Source: Neocallimastix sp. 'constans' (Eukaryota). From it: 64,000 nt of DNA. The stretch covers positions 310,001 through 374,000 of the forward strand of contig JBODTK010000141.1 of the NCBI GenBank assembly GCA_050613775.1. The letters run 5' to 3'. The position numbers were made by a program, and so were the translations under genes. The notes beneath the pieces were generated by a model. It saw nothing but the letters and a program-made list of their open reading frames with translations. It searched no databases and was not told where the DNA came from. Below, in pieces: positions 1-13,900 of the stretch (position 1 is the stretch's first letter; every line of letters starts with the position of its first letter).

Positions 1-1087
1 TTATACCAACCTAAAATATTTAAATATAAATATATTTTTAATAAAAATTTTAATAGTTATAAATAAATACAACAATATAAAGCAAATTAATTTTATTTAC
101 CTCAAAACTAGCATTCATCCATCCAAAACCTTCTTTAGAAAGACATTTGAAATCAACACCAACATTACCATATTCCACTTTGCATTTGTGATCAATGGAA
201 ACAACATTGAATTTTTCTGGAACAACACCATTATAATCAACAAAACTATGTAGTATGGTATACAACCAACGATAAGCTAATCTTCTAGAATCGTCATTAT
301 GACCATAGTTCTTTAAACTTTGCCAGGTCATTATTTGATGAGGAGCCCAACCATAAGGATAATCCCATTGTCTATTTGGACGAACTAAACTTGTTGGACC
401 ACGACTTTCTTCTGTACATCCAACAATACCGCCCGAGACTTCAAAAAGCTTTAGTGATGATAAGATTAAGTCTTCTGCTTGATTAGGTAATATTTTAACA
501 AGATTATTTTCAGTCATTTCCGAAGTAAATCTTTTTTCTATATAATCTGGGAATATATAGGCACCACTTCCTTCAGCACATCCACACCAAAGTGGCCACA
601 TAGATGTTGGTGAATCATAAAGATTTTGACTACCTTGCTTCCAATCCCAATCGTAGAATAGTTTCTTTTCATCATTCCACATGTATTTATTCATTGAATT
701 TTTTCGAATTCTACCTAAATAATAAAAGAGATCTGAATTTAATGTAATAAAGAAATATGATACATTATTATCTTCTGGTATATAATATTCAGAGCAACTA
801 AATGTATTGGATGAAGTCTTATTAGTTAATATTTTTTTAAATTGATTATAATACTTAAGGTAATCTTCATAATGATCATTATTAAATTCTTTTTTTAAAG
901 CAATAATTCCTCTTGACCAATTAGAATTCCAATTTTGATTATTACCGATCATATGCATATATCCTACCTTTTCTACATGATTCTTCCATTTCTTGTAATT
1001 CTCAAGATATTCATTGTTTTCACCTTTTTTTACTTGAATTATAATTCTTTATTTATTTTAATTCAAATTCAAATTAATTAAATATTT

Positions 1088-1127
<40 letters not shown>

Positions 1128-3059
1128 AAAATAAAAATAATAAAAATAAAAAATGTAAAAATATAATATTATATTAATATAAAATTTTATATATATATAT
1201 TATTTTTTCATTATTTCTTCTTCTTCTTCTTCTTATTATTATTATAAATATTAAAAAAAAAAAAATAATATATGTATATGTAATAAACAATAATTATATT
1301 TATAATTAAACTTACTCATCATTACAGAATTTATGAATATAGTCAGCAATATCTACTTCATATTTAAATATCAAACTATTTAAATCAACACAGGCTAAAT
1401 TAGCACATTTTTTTTCCAATCTATAAGTTGTATCATGTCCACTTTCTCTTACCGCACGATCATGAACAAAATATTCATCAACTTCTGGGTCATGAATTTC
1501 TTCATTCATATAAGCATCTTTAAATGTTTTCCAATCCATATTATATTTTTTACCAAATTCTGTTAAAATAGAAACAAAATGAGTAGATTCCGTTTCAGGT
1601 GGAATACCATATCCTTCTGTATGATAACATGATAATCCAGATTGACGTTCAATTCTTGGATCATTTAACCATACACTTAATAGTTCTTTGATTGCTGCAG
1701 TAAATGATACATTTTGCCATTGATGTAATGTTTCATTAGTTAAATTTTTTGGACTTGTTTTTAAATATCCTGATTTTTTTGTGTTAAGTGACTTTTTCTT
1801 TTCAGGAATAACTGGTAATTGTGATTTGTTGGTATTAACTTTAGATGAAATATTTAATTTTTCGTTTAATTTTGGTAAAAGACCCTCATAATAAACTTTA
1901 TTAATCATATCAGTTAAGAATGGTGGTTGTGAACGGGTTAAATAATAGCTACGATTTGCATTTAAAATTTTTCCATAGTGTTCTATTTGATATACAAAAT
2001 TATCAATCATCGATTTACCAAGAAGAGGACGCTCATCAATCAATAAACCTAATGTTTCAAAGTAAGAATCCCATCCATACATTTCATTAAATCTTCCACC
2101 AGGAACAACAAATGGAACCCCTCTGAGTACTGTTTTTTGTAATTTTTCATTATCATCTTCATCAATATTATCTTCTTCTCTTAGAGCTAATGCTAAAATA
2201 CCTGGGAAATTATCAATTGATTTAACATATTGTGGAGTGATTTTTTTTGGAAGTTGTACAACTTCTAATTTTAAATTTTTACGACGATGTGAAATATCAT
2301 TGTAGTAATCTAAAGCTCTTTTATCATCATATGGTACATAAATACGATTACTATGATCCGCTGTTTTATTTTTTGAATCACATAAAATAAGTTCTAAGCC
2401 TAATATGTATTATATATATTAATGTTTATTGAAATTTAAATAATATATATATATATATAATATTATAAATAAATAAATAAATAAATAAATATATAAATAT
2501 ATAAATAAATAAAGTATTTATGAATATTTTATTTATTTATTTACTTATTTATAAATTTTTATTCAATATTAGTAATATTTTCATGAATAAATAAATACCT
2601 TGTTCATCAATTCGACGTGTTAATGCGTCCCAAAAATGATATTTAACTATACGATGAAGGCGGTCAATTGGATATTCATTCAACCTATCTTCATTAATAA
2701 CTATAACGTCTCTACCATAGCTTGTAGCTAATGCAAGTTCTTGAAGAAGGTTAGATAAAGCATATGTTCCACGAATATCCTTTTTAAGAAAACTGTTTTT
2801 ATTATATATAATATTGATAATTAGTAAATTTAAATTAATAAAAAATAATATTAATTAATAATTATTAAAACAAATGTTTACCCATCTGAATTTAATGTTC
2901 CTAAACTAAATGATTTTGGACCCTTATCATCAACAGTAATTTGAAAATCACCATTTGTATCTTCCTGTTCTAAAATTTTTGCTATCATATATATAACAAT
3001 TATATTTTAATATAATAATTTATATTAATTTAGCTTTTACTTTTTTTATAAACATATTT

Positions 3060-3093
<34 letters not shown>

Positions 3094-3287
3094 TTTTTTT
3101 GTTTTTCTTTTGTTTTATAATTACATTGTGTCTCAGCAACATTAATAATAAATTGTTCTGGCTTTGTTCTATTATCTATTTAATATTTAATTTTAAATAT
3201 AAATGTTAATTACCTATGCTTAATGATTATTAATAATTACTTAAATCAATTTTATAAAAAATATTTTATATAAAACTCCCCCATTAT

Positions 3288-3329
<42 letters not shown>

Positions 3330-4253
3330 CTCTAGATTTATGCATTAATATATTAATTCATACATAAATCACAATGCAGATATATATATATTATTGAATT
3401 TTAAATTTTTTTTTTTTATTGGGTATTATATATTAATGCATTAATATTGTAAATTTTTATCATTATACGTTTCAATTATTTAATTACTTATTGTATATAT
3501 TATTAATATTATTTATACAGAATAATAATATAAATTTACAATGAAGATGAAAAATATTAAATTCTTTAAAATTTTTATTTATTTTTTAGCATATTTAGTA
3601 TAAATACCTATAGATCCTCTTCTATGATGTTTTGGTCTAAAAACTTTTTTGCTTTGACTTTCTTCAAGCTGTAATGACATTTTTCTTTTACGAATGGAAA
3701 TGTGATTATCTCCATGTGCTATTTTATGATCCTTATCAGGATAAATAAGATGATCTGTTTCATGAATAGCATTTTGTTGATCAATAAGAGCTAATACACG
3801 AGCTTTTTTATGACCATGAACAATATCATGAATCAATGATGATTCGGGAGACTGTGATTTCCTTTTTTCATTATCATTATTATTATTTTCACAGCTTTTA
3901 CCTTTTTCGTTGTCAATTCCCATATATTTTGGCATTTCACCTTCTGATGACTTTTTATCTGGAATTACTCCAGACATATATTCTTTTATTTGTTCCTTAT
4001 TAATATTTTTTTCTTCACCAAAATTTGAAGAATCTTTTAATTTTTTGATATTGGTAATATTTACATTTTTATTTTTATTGCTATGTACAATATTAATATT
4101 GTTATCAGTATTACTACTATTACTATTCTTGGATTGGGTATAGTTTTTAATTAAATCAATGATTTCATTATTTTTTGTGAAGTTTAACACTTGTTTTGAT
4201 TTTAAATTCTGGTTATTTTTTAATATTTGATTAGAATTTGCTTGCTCTATCAT
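1..4253 (-). CDS. NTH1: Neutral trehalase (GH37), multi-exon, 3' end outside the window
   Basis: Frame-consistent GT-AG exons: 4253-3608, 3175-3125, 2981-2882, 2792-2599, 2399-1316, 1046-101, and 10-1 (continues). Motifs: RRGS (PKA site), EF-hand-like [76 protein letters not shown]. Confidence 0.96.
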
Positions 4254-6525
4254 TATTAAGAACTATTCTATTTTAAAGGCAAGTATACATAAATATATAT
4301 TTTATATTAAATTTTATAAATATTAAAATATTAATACAACATTCATAATATAAAATAAATTTATTAATATAAAAGCATATAACATAAATAATTCTTTATA
4401 AAATATATAAGAAATTAACAGTTTCTGATAAATTTAAATATTTAATGTTATTATGAATTTATCTATATATTATATATTAAATATGTTACAGTTTACGACA
4501 TATTTTATATTTCTTAAATTATTAATTTATATTCCATAAATATTTGACTGCATAAAAAATATGCAGTCTTATATTAAACTTTTTTCATGAAGATATACTT
4601 AAATATATATATATATAAATTTATATATATTTGTATTATAAAATATTATTATTTATAATAATTTATATTATTAAATAATGTTCATAATTTTAATATATAC
4701 ATAATAAAATTCTACCTATTATATAAATAAATATACTTTATAAAAATTATATATAATATATGTAAATATTTTTTGTAATGCTTTAAATTTTTTTTTTTTG
4801 AAAATGTTATATATAATGATTTTTCATTTGTCTATTTTATAAATATATATGTTATCAAAGTATAATTATTTTTTTTTCAACATATTGAAATTTTAACATT
4901 TAAAATAATTATCACTATTAAATTAAAAGGAAAGATTTAATTATTTTTCTTTCAGTAATTTTTATTAATAACTCTTCAATAATGCTGAATGATTACTATT
5001 TTATTTTATTTTTTTATTACTATTTTACTTTTACTGATATTCATAGTTATTTACTTATTAAAACAATTTTTATAATATATACTTTACACAAAGTATAAAG
5101 TTTAGAAAAAACTAATATCTTAAAACTGAATATATCCTAATAAAAATTGATATAAAAAAAAATAAAAAAAAAATAATAAAAGAAAAATCGTGATATTTAT
5201 ATGTTATCCAATAATTATACTTTAAACAATAATAAATAAAATATTTGATAATATTATATATTTATTATTTAATATTTATTATTAATTATATATTATTATT
5301 AATTATATATTACTCTTAATTATTTATTATTTATTATTATTTATTATTATTATTTATTATCTATTATCTAATATTTATTTATTAATTATTTATTATCAAT
5401 GTTTATTATAATAATTTTTATTATTATTTATTAATACAATTTATTTTAATTATATTTAATGAATTTATAAAAATTATTAATATATATTACACTTTAAAAT
5501 TTATAAATATATTTAAATAAATTATCATCTGTAAAAATAAATAATAAAAACCTTTTAAAAAAACATACAGATGATAATTTAAATATTTTAAAGGATTTTA
5601 TTATTTTTTTTATTTAATTATATTATATAGTATAATATTATAATAATATAATAATAATATATATTATAAATTTTTTTTATAAAAATATAAGATGTGGATC
5701 AATTACTTTTTTTTTTTGTGATTATCGAGATAAATATAATATATTTGAATATAATTCAATAAATTGGAAATAACATATATTAAATTAAATTTCATTTAAT
5801 TAATGAACTTTATTTAATATAATTAGCAATATATATTAAAATATTGTTTATTATAAATCTTAATTATTATTAATATAAAGGTTATTAAGTTTAAGACTTT
5901 TTTTTTATCCTATTATCTTCGATTTTTTTTTTTTTAATAAAAATTGTTACTTATAACAGAAAATTATAATAATTCTTCTCCATTTAGTTACATAGAATTT
6001 ATAAAGTTAAATACTAAATTTATTTTAACAGAAAAAAATAATTCATTCATAAATGTAAATTGATTTCTGTATAAAAGTCAATTATATAAAATATAATTAA
6101 TAATAGTTTTTATATTTTAAATATAAAAAATAGTATCATTTTTAAAATAAAATTCATTAATTCAATTATGAAGGTTTTTAAACATAATTAATTTAATAAT
6201 CATTTGATTAATAATATATATTTAACAAAAAAAGTTAAAATTTATTATATATATTCATATTTAAAATATTATGATATAAAAAATTAAAAACCTTTTTCAT
6301 TTAAGATTGGATTTTCAAAAAAATATAAATTAAATAGTAAAATTTTTATTCTTTTGTCTAAGTATATTTTAATAATTAAATATTTATAATATGTCAATTT
6401 GTTAATAATTAACTAAAATAATAAATACTTTTAATTAACAATGAATTTTTAAGAATTATGTATATAATTTTATATAAATTAAAGAAAGATAATTGTTCTA
6501 AATAATTATTCGTTCATTAATACTT

Positions 6526-6945
6526 ATTAGTTACTTTTAATTTTATTCATAATAATAATATTAAAAAGTAAAATTATATATATGTTATAATATTATTAAT
6601 ATATTACTAATTTATAATTTTTACTTATAATATTATTAATATATTACTAATTTATAATTTTTACTTAAGTAATAATATAATAAATAATAAATAATAATTA
6701 AATAATAATTAAATAATAAATAAATAATAAATAATATTAGTTACTTTTAATTTTATTCATAATAATAATATTAAAAAGTAAAATTATATATATGTTATAA
6801 TATTATTAATATATTACTAATTTATAATTTTTACTTATAATATTATTAATATATTACTAATTTATAATTTTTACTTAAGTAATAATATAATAAATAATAA
6901 ATAATAATTAAATAATAATTAAATAATAAATAAATAATAAATAAT
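6526..6945. repeat. Direct tandem duplication of about 210 bp
   Basis: ttacttttaattttattcataataataatattaaaaagt... starts at both 6531 and 6741; each copy holds an internal ~37-bp doublet. Confidence 0.85.
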
Positions 6946-7480
6946 AAATAAATAAATAATAAATAATAAATAAATAATAAATAATAAATAAATAATAAAT
7001 AAATAATAAATAAATAATAAATAAATAATTAATAAATAATAAATAATAAATAAATAATAAATAATAAATAAATAATAAATAATAAATAAATAAATAATAA
7101 ATAAATAATAAATAATAAATAAATAATAAATAAAATAAATAAATAATAATATAAATAATAAATAAATAATAAATAATAAACAAATAATAAATAAATAATA
7201 AATAAATAATAAATAAATAATTAATAAATAATAAATAATAAATAAATAATAAATAATAAATAAATAATAAATAATAAATAAATAAATAATAAATAAATAA
7301 TAAATAATAAATAAATAATAAATAAAATAAATAAATAATAATATAAATAATAAATAAATAATAAATAATAAACAAATAATAAATAAATAATAAATAAATA
7401 ATAAATAATCAATAAATAATCAGTAAATAATCAATAATAAATAATCAATAATCAATAATAAATAAATTAATAATAATAAT
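6900..7480. repeat. Compound (AATA/AAT)n microsatellite
   Basis: Continuous aataaat/aaat units; source of spurious ORFs 6908-7375 and 7221-7412. Confidence 0.9.
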
Positions 7481-7863
7481 AAAATTACGAATAATATTTT
7501 TATAATTTAAATATTGCATTTTTTAATCATAATTTATAGATTAGTGTGTTTTATACTAATATTATAATTAATAATAATATTATTATTTTAAATTATTTTA
7601 AATATATTAATTATTTTTTTTATTATTATCTAAATTTTAATAAAATGTACTAAAATAATTTGAATGGTTATATAATCTAATATAGAATTGTAGTATCAAA
7701 ATATTGAAAATATAAATAATTTAATATGGTTAATATATATATATATATTTTTTAATAATAACATATCAATAATAGATATAAGCATAAATATTAATTTATT
7801 ATTTCAAATATGAAACATTGAATATAAATCGAATAAAAAAAGTCTTTATATTTATTTATATAC

Positions 7864-7896
<33 letters not shown>

Positions 7897-8880
7897 TATA
7901 TATTAAATAATAATACACAATGATAGTGTTATTAATAAATAATAATAATGAGCTAGAATGATAGCGATATTTTTGTAATAAAAATGTGCAAATATAGTAT
8001 GCATGACATATATGTAGATGAAATATGTATATATACTATATATGCTATTTAAACCTATATTACGTATATTACATAAATATCTGATATATTCAACATATAT
8101 ACCATATACCCTACACATATATACACATATATTTATACATTTACTAATACATACTCATAAACATACTACTTTTGCTATATTTTAATATATTCAATATATA
8201 TAATACAAATGCCCCTATATATAAAAATCCTAGATACGAAGTAGTGTATTGAGAGGACTGAGGAACGTAGTTGACGTGAGTCCGCAATTACCATGTAGTA
8301 TCTTTATACAATATTTAATTTAGATGAAATATAGTAATTAAAATATAAAATAAAAAAAATAAGGAAATTAATATTTATTATTATATTATTTAAATAATTA
8401 TAATTGTTAGTTATTAAAATATGAATTATAATTATGAGTCATTATTGTAATTACCAATATTATATATATATTATATGTTATTATAATTAATATTCATATT
8501 CTAAAAAATTCATTTTCATTATCCTCTATTAAATTTATTTAATAATTATTCAAGTGAAAAAAAGTCAGACATAATATTAAAATAAACTATTTTAATAAAT
8601 AATAATTCAACATCTGATAAAATAAAGGTCATATTTTAGATTCTGTATAGGATTTAGTATGTAGGTCTTTTTATTTTTAATTGTAATTTAAAAATCAAAA
8701 TTTTTTAATTATAGTGTAATTTTATAATTATTGTTTTTTATGTAAAAAAATTTTTTTGGTGACAACTTCCAATATTTAAAATTTATTATGTTTTTTATTT
8801 ATTAGACAAAATTATTATAAAATTAGATTTTTGTAAATAAATAAATAAATAAATAAATTATTCATTTGTTATTTTGTGTA

Positions 8881-8924
<44 letters not shown>

Positions 8925-9393
8925 ATTAGATAATTCCAAAAATATATAATAATAATTTTTAAAATTTCAATTTATATTATATATTTTAGTGTTTTGACAT
9001 AATATAAATATAGAAATAGTAAACTCTAATTTAATAAAATATTTTTTTTTTTTTAATTTTTATTTGTTAAATATTATTACTAAATGATTTATTTTAATCA
9101 TTTAATCATAATAAATATATTATGAATCAATATAAAAAATATGAAGATTATAAAAAAAAAAAAAAATAAACATTTTATAAATATATAAAATGAAATAGTT
9201 TAAACTGAAATATAAGAGCATAATTTTTATAAAGATATTTATAACAAAAAATGAATTACAGAATTTTATATATTATGTTAATTCTTTTTAATATTGGCTA
9301 ATATCATATTAATTTATACACAAAAAAAAAAAAAAAAAACTTCTAATATATTAAAAAATTTTAATAATAAATAATATTTATAATAATAATTAG

Positions 9394-9740
9394 GACTTAT
9401 AAAAGCCATAACAGTTAATGCACTTGCATTTATTTTTAATGAAAAAATTAATTTATTTAATTCATTGATTAAATCATTCAATAATTATGCTAAAGAAAAT
9501 AAACTTGATATTAGTCTAAATTTAACAATATTAACACCTAATAATTCAACAATATATATTAATAATTATAGTTCAACTGTGGATTCAATTATATAAGAAG
9601 TTTATTACTTCAAAAGATGTACAAAAAGAACATATTATTAAAAATCATATTTTTTCTGGAATTAGTAGTTTATATAATGAAGAAGATGTTTGCGAAATAA
9701 TAAATTGTGTCATTATAAAAAATATTCAGCCTTTTCCTAT
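9394..9740 (+). pseudogene. Internally deleted relic of an SBP-7TM receptor paralog
   Basis: After the AG at 9392-9393 it reads LIKAITVNALAFIFNEKINLFNSLIKSFNNYAKENKLDISLNLTILTPNNSTIYINNYSSTVDSI (matches exon 2 of the 23051 gene), then jumps to KFITSKDVQKEHIIKNHIFSGISSLYNEEDVCEIINC (matches exon 5). Confidence 0.85.
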
Positions 9741-10696
9741 AGTATAATCATTTACATTATTTAAAAATTTAATTTAACTATATTTGTTTATACATGTAAA
9801 ACTCTGATGTATATCAGGCATGCGCCTCATACATTTACATAACATACATATTTGTCATTTAATTTTTATTACATAAATTTGTACTTTGTTGTGGGGAGTG
9901 TGCATTTCGAAAATTTTTATTACAAAAATTTGTATTTTGTTGTATGGCTTAAATATTTTTAATTTTAAGCCACTTAATTTTATTAAAAATTTAATGAATA
10001 ATAATTAATTAATTAAATAAATAAAATTACAATTCTCAAAAATTTTCAAACACGTAATCATACGTGGGGCTTATATCTAATTGTATCATATTTTTGTGGC
10101 TTTTTTCTACAATTTTTAAAAAGCCATATATTCACAATATGGCGTGAATAATAAATGTGGTGATATTTTATGACGAAAATTTATAAGCCACCAAGAATTT
10201 GGCGAAATTCAACTGGACGAAATTCAACTTTTGGCGAAATACAACACTTCAATTAATAATAATTAGGTTAGGTATTTCTATTTAACATTGAAAAATAAAA
10301 TAAAAAATAAATAAACATTTTATTTTTTAATGCTTAAAAAATAAGAAAACTTTTTTCTTAAACATTGAAAAATAAAATCAAAATAAGAAATAAGAAAACT
10401 TTTTTTTTAAACATTGAAAAATAAAATAAAAATAAATAAAAATTTATTTTTTAAGCATTAAAAAATAAAAAAATAATATAAAATAAAAAATAAAAAATAA
10501 AAATAAAAATAAATAAATAAAATAGTAAATAAAGAAATAATAAATAATTAATAATTAAATAATTATTTAAATAATTATATAATTAATTAAAAAAAGGTTT
10601 ATTATTTTAAATATTAAAAAAAAAAAAAAAAAAAAAGTTTCAAAGCATTTAAAAGTATATTTATTAAATTATTTTATTGAAAATTTTTAATTATTA

Positions 10697-12139
10697 ATGG
10701 AAGACAATATAGAAATTGAAATAAGTGAAACAAATCGAGGAAATGAACAAATTATTATTAATAAAAAATACAAATTTAATTTTTCATTTCAAAGGAAAGA
10801 TAAATCAAAAATTTATAGATGCACTGAATATAAGACTTTAAATAAATGTAAATCTTTAATTATTTTAAATGATAAAAAGGAGGTTTTAAAATATGAAAGT
10901 TTACATAACCATCTCGAAAAAGAAATTGATGTGTCTATATCAGTAGCAAAGCATAAAATTAAGGAAGAAATTAAGAAAAATTCAATTCCTATGGATATAA
11001 AACCTAAACATATATTTAATGCCGTTTCTCAAGAAATGGGACTTATATGTCCCGAATATAGTACAATTAGATCCCAAATAATAAGAAATATAAATAAACA
11101 ATTTCCTCCAAACATAAAAAGTTTTGATGATATTCCCATTGAATCAGAATATTATAAAACGGAAAGAAATGAAAATTTTTGATATTTAAAAATACTGATC
11201 TAATAATCTTTCAATCACCATTCCAAGCATATTTATTTTCGAATTATTATAAAAATATATTTGCGGACGGTACATTTTATGCAGCACCGAAATTTAGTTA
11301 TCAGTTATTTATAACAAGAACTTATGTTGGGGAATTTAATATGTTTTACACTACTTCCATTTCTATATTAAAAAATAAAAAACAATCTACATATCAAACA
11401 TTATTTAAAGAAATAAAAAAAAAAAAATGCAAATAAATTTAGGAGTAATACATTAATTACTACAATTAATTTTCATTGTGATTTTGAACAAGGTATATCT
11501 AATGCCGCAAAAAAAATTTTTCCCAATATAAATATTAAATATTGTGTTTGGCATTATAAAAGATCATTAGAAAAACAAAAAAATATATTATGTTATCATG
11601 AAGTGAAGAATAATAATGATGTATATATTTATTATAAAGCTATTTCGAACTTACCGTTTATAAACCCTAACTATATATTTGATATTTATATTATAATAAA
11701 AAGAATTTGTCAAAAAAAAAAGTATAATAATTTTCTGCAATTTTTAGAATATTTTAATAAAAATTATTTACTTCTTAAGTATAATGTTAATAATTGGAAT
11801 TATTATGAAAATATAGAGCATTTAACAAACAATGCATCAGAATCTTATAATAGCTACTTAAATAATATATTTCCAAATAAACCTTTATTTTATAAATTAA
11901 TATATATATTAAAAGAAGAAGAAAACTTATCTTATAATGATTATCAAAGGAGAACTAAAGGAAATTGGAAAAAAAAGCAAAAAATATTTAGTGCAACTGA
12001 TGAAATTAAAATTTTAATTGAAAATTACAAAAGTAAGGAAATAAATTTATTTTATAATGGATGCAACAGAAATGAATTAATTAAGTTATGGAAAGAATGT
12101 TTAATTGATTTAAACGATATAAATATTAATTTAAAATAA
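10697..12139 (+). pseudogene. MULE transposase with two frameshifts
   Basis: N-terminal FLYWCH/WRKY-like YRC..C..HNH; catalytic FADGTF, HCDFE, CVWH and TNNASESYN. Frame breaks at ~11178 (T run) and ~11415-11427 (A run). Confidence 0.9.
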
Positions 12140-12889
12140 ATAGTCTTAATTTAAAAAAATTATAGAAAAATAAAAATTTATTTATTTTAAATTTATATTT
12201 ATAATCGTTTAAATAATAATTAAATAATCTTAATTTAAAAAAATGCTAGAAAAATACAAATTTATTTACCTATTGTGTTTATTTAATAATCTTAATAGAA
12301 ATTATCTTTTAGTTATTTTTATTAAGTAATTTATAACTAAAACCGATTTATTTGATACTAGTTAAAATTTTATTAATATCAATATCTATATTATATAATT
12401 ATAAATTTTATTAATATCAATATCAATATTATATTATTATAAATTTTATTAATATCAATATACTTTTCAAAATTAATTATGTTATTAAAAATATTAAATT
12501 CAATAAAAGATTTTTATTATTTTATTAAAATTATAATTGTTATTATTATATTTTAATAATAATTGATTCATATTGATCAAACGTTATAAATATTACTATG
12601 CAAATAATTAATTTTTTTAATAGGATCAATTATTCAACTCTTATTGTTTTAATTTTTAATTCTTATATCATTTAAATTAATATATATATATATATATCAT
12701 TTATGAAAATATGAATTATAAATAATTAAAATTATTTACTTTTCATTTAAAATTTTTTATTTACTATAATAAAATATAATAATTAAAAGACAAACGTTAT
12801 TACAACTAAATTTTTTTTTTTTTTTAGAAAAATAAATGAAAAAAAATTAAAATATATAAGATTCCTGTATATATAAAATAATTATTATA

Positions 12890-13900
12890 TTTTTTTTATT
12901 TTATTTTATTTTATTTTATTTTATTTTATTCAATCTGTACTTTCTTATTTAATATTCTACTTTTTATTTTATTTTATAATATTTTATTATATTATATTAT
13001 ATTATATTATATTATATTATATTTTATTTTATTTAATTTTATTTTATTTTATTTTATTTTATTTCATTTTATTTTATTTTATTCAATCTGTACTTTCTTA
13101 TTTAAAATTCTACTTTTTATTTTATTTTATTTTATTTTATTTTATTTTATTTTATTCAATCTGTACTTTCTTATTTAATATTCTACTTTTTATTTTATTT
13201 TATTTTATTTTATTTTATTTTATTTTATTCAATCTGTACTTTCTTATTTAATATTCTACTTTTTATTTTATTTTATTTTATTTTATTTTATTCAATCTGT
13301 ACTTTCTTATTTAATATTCTACTTTTTATTTTATTTTATTTTATTTTATTTTATTCAATCTGTACTTTCTTATTTAATATTCTACTTTTTATTTTATTTT
13401 ATTTTATTTTATTTTATTTTATTCAATCTGTACTTTCTTATTTAATATTCTACTTTTTATTTTATTTTATTTTATTTTATTTTATTCAATCTGTACTTTC
13501 TTAATTTTATTCAATCTGTACTTTCTTATTTAAAATTCTACTTTTTATTTTATTTTATTTTATTTTATTTTATTTTATTTTATTTTATTTTATTTTATTT
13601 TATTTTATTTTATTTTATTTTATTTTATTTTATTTTATTTTATTTTATTTTATTTTATTTTATTTTATTTTATTTTATTTTATTTTATTTTATTTTATTT
13701 TATTTTATTTTATTTTATTTTATTTTATTTTATTTTATTTTATTTTATTTTATTTTATTTTATTTTATTTTATTTTATTTTATTCAATCTGTACTTTCTT
13801 ATTTAATATTCTACTTTTTATTTTATTTTATTATATTTTATTTTATTTTATTTTATTTTATTTTATTTCATTTTATTTTATTTTATTCAATCTGTATTTT
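12890..13900. repeat. Minisatellite inside the MULE
   Basis: About 11 copies of attcaatctgtactttcttatttaatattctacttt separated by variable (atttt)n; long pure (tttta)n at 13545-13780. Confidence 0.9.

Noticed and set aside
6908..7412. 155-aa and 63-aa F/I/Y/L ORFs
   Set aside because: Translations of an AAT/AAAT microsatellite.
8258..8283. CTGAGGA plus stem resembling a hammerhead ribozyme core
   Set aside because: GAAA and stem III are missing after stem II (GAG instead).
10263..10272. ttaggttagg as a telomeric repeat
   Set aside because: Only two units, located inside a transposon.
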